A stretch of DNA of 64,000 nucleotides. Origin: Myxococcota bacterium (lineage in GTDB: Bacteria > Myxococcota_A > UBA9160 > UBA6930). A program made the translations under genes and the position numbers. The notes below the pieces were generated by a model. The model had not been told where the DNA came from. It saw only the letters and a list, made by a program, of their open reading frames with translations, and searched no databases. Shown piece by piece: positions 36,656-45,639 of the stretch. The stretch lies in assembly GCA_965223415.1 (NCBI GenBank), contig OZ245002.1, positions 672,001 through 736,000 on the forward strand, read 5' to 3'. Positions within the stretch are counted from its first letter, which is position 1. Every line of letters starts with the position of its first letter.

Positions 36656-37960
36656 CTAGGCCTCCTGGCCCGCGCGCAGATCCTCTTCCAGGCTGCGCGC
36701 CGCCAGCAGGAAATGGACGAGGCCCCACACGCCCATCACGACGCCCACCGAGGCCATCGAATAGCGGATCGCCAGCTCGCCGTGGCTCGCGAAGACCGTG
36801 TCGTTCAGCAGGCCCACGGCCTGGGGACCGAGGGCGAGGCCGATCATGTTGATGATGAAGAGCAGGATCGCCGACGCCACCGAGCGCATGCGCAGGGGCG
36901 ACATGGTCTGCACGACGGAGAAGACCGGCCCCTGGTACATGGCGCCGAGCAGCAGGCCGGGGAAGAGCACGACGAGGCCCAGGGTAGGGTCGGCGTGGAA
37001 GTAGAAGAAGAGCATGAACGGCAGGGGGCCCAGGGCGGCGAGGGAGGGCACCCAGAGGTACCAGCGCACGTCCCGCCGACCGAGGCGATCCGCGACGACC
37101 CCCGCCAACACCGAGCCGATGGCGCCGGAGATGCCGATCGCCATGCCCAGGCTCGTGCCCGCCTCGGAGCCGCTCATGTCGTGCACGCGGCGCAGGAAGG
37201 TGGGCCCCCAGGTGGCGAAGGCGTAGCCGGCGAAGGCGGTGAGGCCGGTGGCGAAGGCCAGGTGCCGGAAGGAGCGCCGCGCCCACAGGAAGCGCAGCAC
37301 CTCGCCGGCGGACGGCACCTCGCTGGCTTCGTCGCTGGCGGTGGCCCGCTGCTCGGTGCCGCCGCGGGTCGGCTCGCGCACGGTGAAGCGCACGACCAGC
37401 GCCAGCACCAGGCCGGGCAGGCCGACCACGAAGAAGGCCTGACGCCAGCCGAAGGCTTCCTCCAGCATGCCGCCCACCGTGAGCCCGAAGAGAATCCCCA
37501 CGTGAATGCCCATCGAGTAGATGCCGAGGGCGGTCGCGCGGCGCTCGGGCGGAAAGTAGTCCGCGAGGAGGGAGTGGGCCGGGGGCGAGAGCGCGGCCTC
37601 GCCGACGCCGACGCCCACCCGTGCGATCGCCATCTGGGTGAAGTTGCGCGCCAGGCCCGAGGCGGCCGTGAAGCCGCTCCACACCGCGAGACCGAGCGCG
37701 ATGATCGTGCGACGCACCCAGCCATCGGCCCAGCGCGCGATCGGGATGCCGGCGGTGGCGTAGAAGAGCGCGAAGGCCGTTCCGGTGAGGAAGCCCATCG
37801 CCGTGTCCGAGACCTGCAGCTCCTCCTTGATCGGTTCGAGCAGGATGGCCAGGATCTGGCGGTCGATGAAGTTGACGACGTAGGCGAGGAAGAGGACCCC
37901 GAGGACGTAGTTCGCGTAGCCCGGGCTGAACTCCGGGGCGTTGCCGCGGGCCTCGCTCAC
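36656..37960 (-). CDS. MFS transporter (spinster-like)
   Basis: NFIDRQILAILLEPIK, RVGVGVGEA, DYFPPERRA, about 12 TM. Confidence 0.9.
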   Translation of the reverse strand: MSEARGNAPEFSPGYANYVLGVLFLAYVVNFIDRQILAILLEPIKEELQVSDTAMGFLTGTAFALFYATAGIPIARWADGWVRRTIIALGLAVWSGFTAASGLARNFTQMAIARVGVGVGEAALSPPAHSLLADYFPPERRATALGIYSMGIHVGILFGLTVGGMLEEAFGWRQAFFVVGLPGLVLALVVRFTVREPTRGGTEQRATASDEASEVPSAGEVLRFLWARRSFRHLAFATGLTAFAGYAFATWGPTFLRRVHDMSGSEAGTSLGMAIGISGAIGSVLAGVVADRLGRRDVRWYLWVPSLAALGPLPFMLFFYFHADPTLGLVVLFPGLLLGAMYQGPVFSVVQTMSPLRMRSVASAILLFIINMIGLALGPQAVGLLNDTVFASHGELAIRYSMASVGVVMGVWGLVHFLLAARSLEEDLRAGQEA

Positions 37961-37963
37961 GCG

Positions 37964-38929
37964 CTAGAGCCCGAGGTTCCTGCGGATGCGCGCCTGCGGC
38001 TCCTCGGTATTGGCCTCGAAGGCGGAGCCGGTCACGGCCTCGTAGGCCTCGATGTAGCGGGCGGCTGCTTCGCAGCGCACCTCCACCGGGATGTCCGGGA
38101 TCGGCCCCTCGCCCCGGTAGCCCCGCTCCTCCACCAGCCAGCGGCGCACGTACTCCTTGTCGAAGGACTTGGGGTCGCTGCCGTCCCGAAGCGCCGCCTC
38201 GTAGCTGTCCGCGTACCAGTAGCGGGACGAGTCGGGCGTGTGGATCTCGTCGGCGACCACCAGCTCGCCGTGCTCGTCGAGGCCGAGCTCGTACTTGGTA
38301 TCGACGAGGATCATGCCCTGCTGCGCCGCCCACTCCTGGCCGGCACGGAAGAGCCGATGTCCGAGGGCGGCGGCCCGGTCGTAGAGCTCTTCGCCGACGA
38401 CGCCCCGTCGCAGGACCTCTTCGCGGGAGGTCAGCTCGTCGTGCTCGCCCTGCTCGGCCTTGGTCGTGGGCGTGAGCAGCGGCTCTTGCAGCCGTTCGTG
38501 CTTGTGCATCCCGTCCGGCAGGCGGTGGCCACAGTAGTCGCGCACACCCTTCTCGTAGGCGGTCCAGATCGAGGTCGAGGACACGCCCGTCAGGTAGCCC
38601 CGGTAGACCCACTCCACCGGCAGGATCTCGACCTCCTTCACGACGGACACGTTGGGGTCCGGCACCGAGATCAGGTGGTTCGGCGCCAGGCTCCGGGTCT
38701 TGTCGAACCAGAAGGCGGCGGCCTGGTTCAGCACCTGACCCTTCAGCGGGATGGTGCCCACCACGACGTCGAAGCAGCTGACGCGATCGGAGACGACGAT
38801 GGTGCGCTGCTTCTCGCCGACGTAGCTGTCGCGCACCTTGCCCTCGATCCGGCGCCCGAGCTGGGGCAGATCGGTGCGTTCGAGGGTGCGATCGGCGAGC
38901 TCGCGGAGCAGGCTGGCGTCGACGGACAC
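37964..38929 (-). CDS. purC: SAICAR synthase
   Basis: GKVRD, SDRVS.FD, TPTTK, DTKYE, DEIHTPDSSRYW, DKEYVR; GGAGG RBS. Confidence 0.95.
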   Translation of the reverse strand: MSVDASLLRELADRTLERTDLPQLGRRIEGKVRDSYVGEKQRTIVVSDRVSCFDVVVGTIPLKGQVLNQAAAFWFDKTRSLAPNHLISVPDPNVSVVKEVEILPVEWVYRGYLTGVSSTSIWTAYEKGVRDYCGHRLPDGMHKHERLQEPLLTPTTKAEQGEHDELTSREEVLRRGVVGEELYDRAAALGHRLFRAGQEWAAQQGMILVDTKYELGLDEHGELVVADEIHTPDSSRYWYADSYEAALRDGSDPKSFDKEYVRRWLVEERGYRGEGPIPDIPVEVRCEAAARYIEAYEAVTGSAFEANTEEPQARIRRNLGL

Positions 38930-39066
38930 GGGACCTCCATGGATCTTCGGGTTGGAGGCGCCTTGATACCGTCCCAGTGGAGTCGCCGCCAAGGCCCGCG
39001 GAGCCGGGCGATCGAACGCGGTTTGGCGCGCTCAAGCCCGGCGCCGGTTCGACCGTTGCAACGGAG

Positions 39067-40470
39067 GTGGATCACCCCCACACCGACGACGCCACCACCC
39101 AGGAAGGCCCCGATGTCCCGGCCGAGCGCGAGCCCTCTGGCGTTGCTGCGACGCCGGGTTACGACACGGAGCTGCGTGCCCGCTTCCGGTACAAGCTGTT
39201 CCGCAAGCTCGGTCGCGGCGCCTTCGGCTCGGTGTTCCTGGCGCGCTGCCTCGACCGGGACCCGCGCCGGGACGACTGCCCGCCGGAATCGGTGGCCCTC
39301 AAGATCCTGGGCTCCCGACGCGGCAAGGCCTCGGAGCTGCTGAAGCGGGAGCTCTCGGCCATGCTCGCCCTCGAGCACGACCGCATCCCGAGGGTCTACG
39401 ACTGGACCCTCGACGGCGACACCGCCTTCGTCGTCATGGAGCACTTCCCTTCCGGATCCCTGCGCGACGTGATGCCGCTCCAGGGCGCCGTGGAGGAGGA
39501 GGCGATCTGGAGGTTGCTGGCGGATCTGCTCTCGGCCCTGGACGTCGCCCATCGCGCCTCGCTGCTGCACCTGGACATCAAGCCCGCCAACGTGCTGCTC
39601 GACGGCAACGGCGGCTACGTGCTCACCGACTTCGGCGTGTCCCAGGCGTCGCGCATCGAGCGCGGACTCCTGCCCTTCAGCGTGGGAAGTCGCGGCTACC
39701 AGGCGCCGGAGCAGCGGGAGGAGCGCTTCGACCAGTACGACCTGCGCACCGATCTGTGGGGCATCGGCGCGACCGCATGGGCCATGGCCACGGGCATCAA
39801 CCTGGCGGAGCGCCACGAGCTGGTGCGGGCCGACGACGGCAACGCCATCTACGGCCTTCCCGCCCTCTCCGAGTTCCGGATCAACCTCTCCCCGGAGCTG
39901 GAAGAGGTGATCATGAGCCTCCTCCATCTGGATCCGGGAGTGCGGCCGGGCAGCGTGGCGGAGGTGCTGGCACGAGTGCAGGCCAAGGGCAGCGGCGCGG
40001 ACTGGGGCGCCGACACCCTCGCCGCCGCCCACCGCTCGAACGTCTCCGACGCCGACATGGAGGAGCTGATCGACAGCCTGGTCGATCCGCTCCTCATCTC
40101 GATCTGCCAGCGCCGCGGCTTCCGCGGCTACTTCGTGAAGTTCGAGGACGGCGAGCTGATGTGCGGCGAGGGCGAGAAGTCCTACTACGCGCTGCTGCTC
40201 CTGAAGGGCACCGTCGTGGTGAGCCGCAACGGCAAGGAGCTCACCCGCGTGTCGCGGGAGGGGAGCTTCCTCGGCGAGGTCGCCACCCTGGCCTCGATGC
40301 CGCGCACGGCGACCATGGAGGCCTCGGGCACGGTGTGGGCGTGCGTGCTGAACGCCGCCGAGCTCGAACGCTTCCTCACCTGCAACCCGGCCATGGCGCT
40401 GCGGGTGATCCGGTACATGGCCTACCGGCTGTCGAAGATCCCGCCGATCGACGAGAAGCGCGGCGACTGA
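39067..40470 (+). CDS. Ser/Thr protein kinase with C-terminal cyclic-nucleotide-binding domain
   Basis: LGRGAFGSV, VALK, HLDIKPAN, DFG, APE; then GSFLGEVATLASMPRTAT cNMP cassette; start uncertain. Confidence 0.88.
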   Translation: MDHPHTDDATTQEGPDVPAEREPSGVAATPGYDTELRARFRYKLFRKLGRGAFGSVFLARCLDRDPRRDDCPPESVALKILGSRRGKASELLKRELSAMLALEHDRIPRVYDWTLDGDTAFVVMEHFPSGSLRDVMPLQGAVEEEAIWRLLADLLSALDVAHRASLLHLDIKPANVLLDGNGGYVLTDFGVSQASRIERGLLPFSVGSRGYQAPEQREERFDQYDLRTDLWGIGATAWAMATGINLAERHELVRADDGNAIYGLPALSEFRINLSPELEEVIMSLLHLDPGVRPGSVAEVLARVQAKGSGADWGADTLAAAHRSNVSDADMEELIDSLVDPLLISICQRRGFRGYFVKFEDGELMCGEGEKSYYALLLLKGTVVVSRNGKELTRVSREGSFLGEVATLASMPRTATMEASGTVWACVLNAAELERFLTCNPAMALRVIRYMAYRLSKIPPIDEKRGD

Positions 40471-41111
40471 GACAAGGGGACGTTCCTGACTGTCTCACTC
40501 CTCGCTGCACATTCGTCGGACGACTCGGAAGTGAGACAGTCAGGAACGTCCCCTTGTCTCACGGCGCGCACGACGTAGCGGAGCGGGCCACCGGGGACGA
40601 CGGCGTCGAACGGGTAGCAGGTGATCAGGGTGAGCACGGCGCGGCCCACCGGCTCCATGGGCGCCGAGTCGCTCTCGTGAGCGACGTCGGCGTAGGCGAC
40701 GCGGTAGGCGCTCCGTTCGCCGGAGCGCGCTTCGAGCCACAGGAGGTCTCCGAGCGCCAGGTGCTGCAGGAACGCGAAGTGGGTGTCGCGATGGCCGGCG
40801 ATCACGACGTTGCCCGCATTCCCCGGTGAAGCGCTGCCGCTCCAGTGGCCCGGGCCGAAGGCGAGGCTGCGACCGTGGGCACCGGCGAGGACCAGACGCT
40901 CGACGCCGAGGCGCGGGGCGGTAAGCCGGGCCACGGGATCCGTGTCCGCCCACGGCCATGGGGCGACCGGCACCCCCCGCGCCTGGCTGTGCGCCCAAGC
41001 CCGGGCGAGCATGAGCTGGGCCAGCTCGGCCTTGGCGGGGATCCAGGCCGCCCGGGCGAGGCCGAGCGTACCCGCCGCGAGCAGGAGGAGGGCCGTTCCG
41101 CGCCTCCTCAC
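40422..41111 (-). CDS. Class GN (proteobacterial-type) sortase
   Basis: IPAKAELAQ, PWPWADT, LAFGPG, IAGHRDTHF, LTLITCYPF, LRYVV; GTGA overlap with its target gene. Confidence 0.92.
   Translation of the reverse strand: MRRRGTALLLLAAGTLGLARAAWIPAKAELAQLMLARAWAHSQARGVPVAPWPWADTDPVARLTAPRLGVERLVLAGAHGRSLAFGPGHWSGSASPGNAGNVVIAGHRDTHFAFLQHLALGDLLWLEARSGERSAYRVAYADVAHESDSAPMEPVGRAVLTLITCYPFDAVVPGGPLRYVVRAVRQGDVPDCLTSESSDECAARSETVRNVPLSQSPRFSSIGGIFDSR
40468..40561. repeat. 94-bp palindromic REP-doublet-like element, copy 1
   Basis: Perfect 32-bp arms TGAGACAAGGGGACGTTCCTGACTGTCTCACT (40468-40499) and its reverse complement (40530-40561); 30-bp spacer. Confidence 0.9.
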
Positions 41112-43144
41112 ACAGCTTGCCGGCGGCGCCAGGTGAGGCCCGCCGCCAGAAGACACGCGACGCCGAGCCAGAGGAAGAGCGCCGACGATGTTCCTCCCTG
41201 GGGAAGCCGGGGGCCGCGGCGCGCGTGCTCCAGCGGGGGCGGCGGCGCCGCCGGCGCCCCCTCCCGGGCACGCAGCTCCCCGAAGACGTGCTCGTAGCTC
41301 CACCCCTTGGGCAGGTTCGTCGGCAGGGCGCGCAGGTCCGGTACCACGCCCAGGGGAGCCGTGGGGGTGACGTCGACGGCCACGAGGCTCGTGTGACGCG
41401 TCACCAGGTGGTGTCGCAGGCCGAGGGCGACCACGGCCTCGCGCACACGCTTCGGGTCCGCCTCGTCGTGCAGCGAGCCCGTGAGCGACGCGATCTTGCG
41501 CCGCGCCCAGAGGCGCGAGACGCCCGCACGGCCCACGCCTGCCTCGAGGCCGAGCTCCGCCTGCCAGGGCTCGCCGCCGCGCAGGCCCGCCACGCGGAAC
41601 CGGCCGGCGCCCGCCGGCAGGCGGGCCGCGACGACGACGGGCTCACCCAGGTAGAGATCCGGCACGCGAGAGGGCCAGGCCTCCGCGCCGTCCACGTCGA
41701 ACTCGAGCCGGATGTCCGTGAGGACCGGGCTCTCCAGCTTCGCGAAGAGCGCGTCCATCTTCTCCCGCACCTCGTGGATCTGCGAGATGGTCGTGGAGGT
41801 GCCGCGCCCCAGCTCCGCCGCGCGCGCCATGAAGTGGCCGTTGGGGGCAGAGCCGATGCCGACGGTGAAGAGCCGCGAGCGAATCTCGGCGAAGAGCCGG
41901 GCCTCGTTGCCGATCGCGCCGTCGGTGATGAACACCACCTGGCGCACGCGGGAGCCCTCCTCCGACGGGTCGAGCGCCACCTGCAGGGCCGGGAGCATCT
42001 CGGTTCCGCCCTGGGCCTGCAGCGATGCCACCCAGCGCTGCGCGTCGTCGACGTGAACCGGCTGGGCGTGGACCGCCCGCGGGAAGAGCCTGCGGGTGGA
42101 GGACGAGAAGGCGATCACGTTGAAGCGGTCCGCCGGGCGCAGGCGGGCCAGGGCCAGACCGAGGGCACGCCGGGCCTGCTCGATCGAGGCGCCGTGCATC
42201 GAGCCCGAGGTATCGATCACGAAGATCGTCTCCCGGGGCAGACTCGCTTGGTCGCCATGGGTCGGATCCGGCGGCATCACCATCAGCAACGCGTAGCGCT
42301 CGCCCTCCTTCTCCTCGTGGAAGAGCGCAGCGACCGGCGCATCGGCGGGCGCCGGCCGCCAGGTGAGCACGAAGTCCGAATCGGCGGGAACGCTCTGCTT
42401 CGCCAGCTCGACCGCGCGCCGGTGCCCGCCCAGCGGTCGGATGCGAACGGCGTGGGAAGGACTGTGGAGCCGCGCCAACGGCACGCCCGAATCCAGCTCC
42501 ACGCGGATGCGCACCGGGTTGATCGGCCCCTCCTGGGGGTGCCGCACGGGCGGCGTGATCCGGGCGGCATCCGGCACGTGGCCGCCGCCCGGCACGTAAC
42601 GCGGGCCCACGACCATCGGGAAACGTAGCGAGTAGCCGCCGGCGTCGAAGCGCAGGTCCTCCTGGTACTCGATGCCGATCCGCACCTCCTCCCCGGGCCC
42701 GATCCCCGTGACCGAGGTGGTGAAGAGGTTCGGCCGCTCCTGCTCGAGCAGCGACGCCTTGCGCCCTTCCTTCCGCGCCTTCCGGTAGGTGGCGCGCGCC
42801 TCCCCACGGGTGCGGATCTCGCCGACGATCAGCCGCCCGCCCACGACCAGCGCAAGCGTGTCCACCGCCGCCCGCTCCGGCAGCGGAAACACGTACACCC
42901 CCTCGACCCACCCGTCCCCGGGGTTCCGGAAGCGCTGCTCGACGGTCGTCCGCGCCACCATCCCGGTGACCTCGATCTGCACGTCGGTGACGACCGTCGG
43001 CGCGGGCCGCAACCCTTCGGCCGTCCGCAGCAAGAGCGTCCCGCACTTCGCATCCCCCGGCCTCATCCCTTGCTCCGGAACCTGCGCCGCCACACCCACC
43101 GGCAACACCAGCCCGACCAGAACCCAGGCCACCCGCATCACCAT
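41108..43144 (-). CDS. VIT-vWA proteobacterial sortase target protein
   Basis: Signal peptide, VIT (EGVYVFPLP, LLEQERPNLF), vWA (DTSGSM, GGTE, ITDG), C-terminal LPQGG + TM + RRR. Confidence 0.92.
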   Translation of the reverse strand: MVMRVAWVLVGLVLPVGVAAQVPEQGMRPGDAKCGTLLLRTAEGLRPAPTVVTDVQIEVTGMVARTTVEQRFRNPGDGWVEGVYVFPLPERAAVDTLALVVGGRLIVGEIRTRGEARATYRKARKEGRKASLLEQERPNLFTTSVTGIGPGEEVRIGIEYQEDLRFDAGGYSLRFPMVVGPRYVPGGGHVPDAARITPPVRHPQEGPINPVRIRVELDSGVPLARLHSPSHAVRIRPLGGHRRAVELAKQSVPADSDFVLTWRPAPADAPVAALFHEEKEGERYALLMVMPPDPTHGDQASLPRETIFVIDTSGSMHGASIEQARRALGLALARLRPADRFNVIAFSSSTRRLFPRAVHAQPVHVDDAQRWVASLQAQGGTEMLPALQVALDPSEEGSRVRQVVFITDGAIGNEARLFAEIRSRLFTVGIGSAPNGHFMARAAELGRGTSTTISQIHEVREKMDALFAKLESPVLTDIRLEFDVDGAEAWPSRVPDLYLGEPVVVAARLPAGAGRFRVAGLRGGEPWQAELGLEAGVGRAGVSRLWARRKIASLTGSLHDEADPKRVREAVVALGLRHHLVTRHTSLVAVDVTPTAPLGVVPDLRALPTNLPKGWSYEHVFGELRAREGAPAAPPPPLEHARRGPRLPQGGTSSALFLWLGVACLLAAGLTWRRRQAV

Positions 43145-43383
43145 CACGCTCTCCCGCCAATGACCGTCCGTCCACCAGACGAGAACCCGCATGCGCAGCC
43201 ACGGTTCTGTGGTTAGGCGGCGCCGAGCCGACTGCCACATGTGTGCAAGCACACCGCCCCGCCACGCCTCCACCCAGACAACAGCGAACATCCGCTTCTT
43301 CGCACACCCCGGACCGATCGCGGGGCGGCGGGTGGCCCCCGCGATCGCGCCCTCGGCAAGCGAAGCGGAGCCCCGAAGAAGCT

Positions 43384-44643
43384 CTAGGAGTCCTCGACCA
43401 CCACTCGCTCCCCCCGGAGCAGATCCTCGACCGTCTGCCGAGCCCGCGCCAACCGCGCCTTGCCGTTCACCACCAGCACTTCGGCCGGCTGCGTCTTCGA
43501 GTTGTAGTTCGACGCCATCACGAAGCCGTAGGCTCCGGCCATCTCCAGGACCAGATACTCGCCGACCCGCGCCTCCGGCAGCCGCTCGTGGCGGACGTAG
43601 CCGCCCTCTTCCTGGGTGAAGATGTCGCCGCTCTCGCACAGCGGGCCGCCGACCACGACGTCCTGCATCGCCCGCGGCGCGGCGTCCGCCAGCACGACCG
43701 ACATGGGATGATAGGCGCCGTACATCACGGGACGCGCCAGGGTGTTGAAGCCCGCGTCCACCAGATAGAAGCGGTTGCCACCCATCTGCTTGACCGCACG
43801 GATCTCCGCAACGAGGAAGCCCGACTCGGCCACCAGGTAGCGGCCGGGCTCGATCTCGATCTTCACCGGGTGGCCGAACTTCGCCTCGAGGCGGCTCCGC
43901 GCCGCGTCCCACAAGGCGAAGTAGGCGGTTACGTCCATGCGCGGATCCTGCGGTCGATAGGGGACCGGAAGCCCGCCGCCGGCGCTGATCGTGCGCACGC
44001 TCGCACCGACGCGGCGGGCGAGCTCTTCCATGGCGCCGGCCACGAGCGCCAGGTGCTCCAGATCGGCGCCGGAGCCGATGTGGAGGTGCAGGCCCGATAC
44101 GATGAGCCGGTGGCGCGCCGCGAGCTCCAGTGCGTCGTCGAGCCCCTCGTGCCAGATGCCGTGCTTCGAGTGCTCACCGCCGGTGTTGGTCTTCTGGCTG
44201 TGCCCGTGGCCGAAGCCGGGATTGATGCGCAGGGTGATCTCACCGCCCGGCGCGCGCTCGCCGTACTGGCCGATCATGTCCGGCGAGCCGCAGTTCACGG
44301 GAATGCCGTGCTCGAGGACCAGCTCGAGGGCCTCCCGGTCGAAGATGTCGGCGGTGTAGACGATTGGCGCCGGATCGCCGCTCGGCCCGTATCCGGCAGC
44401 GAGCGCGCGATGGATCTCGCCGGCGCTGACCGCATCCACCAACACACCATGGCGCCGGCACAGGTCGAGCACGGCCAGGTTCGAGTTGGCCTTCTGGGCG
44501 TACCGGATGACGTCGAAGGGCGCGAGATCGGCGATGCGCTCGGCGATCACCGCCGCGTCGTAGACGTAGGTGGGGGTCCCGAAGTCGCGGACCAGATCGG
44601 CGACCGGGATCCCCGCGATCTCGCTCCGCAGGCGTTCGGACAT
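43384..44643 (-). CDS. lysA: Diaminopimelate decarboxylase
   Basis: YAQKANSN, DAVSAGE, HLHIGSG, GGG, EPGRYL, GPLCESGD, GAYG. Confidence 0.95.
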   Translation of the reverse strand: MSERLRSEIAGIPVADLVRDFGTPTYVYDAAVIAERIADLAPFDVIRYAQKANSNLAVLDLCRRHGVLVDAVSAGEIHRALAAGYGPSGDPAPIVYTADIFDREALELVLEHGIPVNCGSPDMIGQYGERAPGGEITLRINPGFGHGHSQKTNTGGEHSKHGIWHEGLDDALELAARHRLIVSGLHLHIGSGADLEHLALVAGAMEELARRVGASVRTISAGGGLPVPYRPQDPRMDVTAYFALWDAARSRLEAKFGHPVKIEIEPGRYLVAESGFLVAEIRAVKQMGGNRFYLVDAGFNTLARPVMYGAYHPMSVVLADAAPRAMQDVVVGGPLCESGDIFTQEEGGYVRHERLPEARVGEYLVLEMAGAYGFVMASNYNSKTQPAEVLVVNGKARLARARQTVEDLLRGERVVVEDS

Positions 44644-44717
44644 GGCGTGGGAGTGTATCGGCTCGCGGCTCCGCCTTCTATTGGACGAGCGGCACCGGGG
44701 TTCGGTACCCAACGGGG

Positions 44718-45545
44718 GTGCAGCCCCGTCCGCCGAGCGAACCCTTCCTGGACCTGGCCGACCGCCTCCGGCGCGGCGACGACGTCCGGCTGGAAGACGT
44801 CGCTCTCGTCCTCGACGTCGACCAGAACCCGGACGTCGAGCCCGAACGCCAGCGCGAGATCCTCGACCACCTGGCGGAGCGGGCAGGCTGCCGCCTCGAA
44901 GCCCTGCGTGATCCGGGCGGGCGCATCCTCACCCTCGTCGATTTCCTCCATCGGGAGGAGCGCTTCCGGGGCAACAGCGAGCGCTACGACGATCCGCGCA
45001 ACAGCTACCTCCACGAGGTGCTCGCGCGACGCACCGGCATCCCCATCACCCTGTGCATCGTCACGATCGAGGTCGCGCGGCGGCTGGGCATCCCGATCCA
45101 CGGGCTCTCCTTCCCCGGCCACTTCCTGGCGCGGGCCACCGGCAACGTGGACTTGATCATCGACGCCTTCGCCGGCCGCACGCTCACCGACGACGAGTGC
45201 TGCGAGAAGCTCCGCCAGGCCGCCGGCGCCGGCGCGACCTTCGACCGGCGGACCCTACGCCCCGCCAGCCCGCGCGAGGTGCTGGTGCGCATGCTCGGCA
45301 ACCTGAAGCACGTGCACGTGGCCGCGGCCCGCTACGCCCGCGCCGCCGAGTGCTGCGAGCGCATGCTCCTGGCGGCGCCGGAGCTGATCGGCGAGCTGCG
45401 CGACCGGGGCCTCCTCCACGAGCAGCTGGAGCTGTACGGCGCCGCCCTCTCGGACTACGAGCAGTTCCTCGACCTGGCCGGCGGCGACGTCTCCGCCGAC
45501 AAGATCCGCGCCCGCCGCGACGCCCTACGCCAGCGCGTGCACTAG
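44718..45545 (+). CDS. SirB1/YchA-like transglutaminase-like + TPR protein
   Basis: FRGN...YDDPRNSYL..VL.RRTGIPITL, FPGHFL, RMLGNLK, RDRGL. Confidence 0.88.
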   Translation: MQPRPPSEPFLDLADRLRRGDDVRLEDVALVLDVDQNPDVEPERQREILDHLAERAGCRLEALRDPGGRILTLVDFLHREERFRGNSERYDDPRNSYLHEVLARRTGIPITLCIVTIEVARRLGIPIHGLSFPGHFLARATGNVDLIIDAFAGRTLTDDECCEKLRQAAGAGATFDRRTLRPASPREVLVRMLGNLKHVHVAAARYARAAECCERMLLAAPELIGELRDRGLLHEQLELYGAALSDYEQFLDLAGGDVSADKIRARRDALRQRVH

Positions 45546-45639
45546 TGAGACAAAGGGACGTTCCTGATTGTCTCACTCCTCCGTGCGCATTCGTCGGAAG
45601 ACTCGGAAGTGAGACAGTCAGGAACGTCCCTTTGTCTCA
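45546..45639. repeat. 94-bp palindromic REP-doublet-like element, copy 2
   Basis: Same orientation as copy 1 with 7 substitutions, including a compensatory pair (AAGGGG/CCCCTT to AAAGGG/CCCTTT) and one G-T wobble. Confidence 0.9.

Noticed and set aside
40468..45639. Palindromic repeats as a CRISPR array or as ends of a composite transposon carrying sortase-lysA
   Set aside because: Copies are 5 kb apart, with no repeat-spacer periodicity, no cas genes, no transposase between them and no target duplication seen
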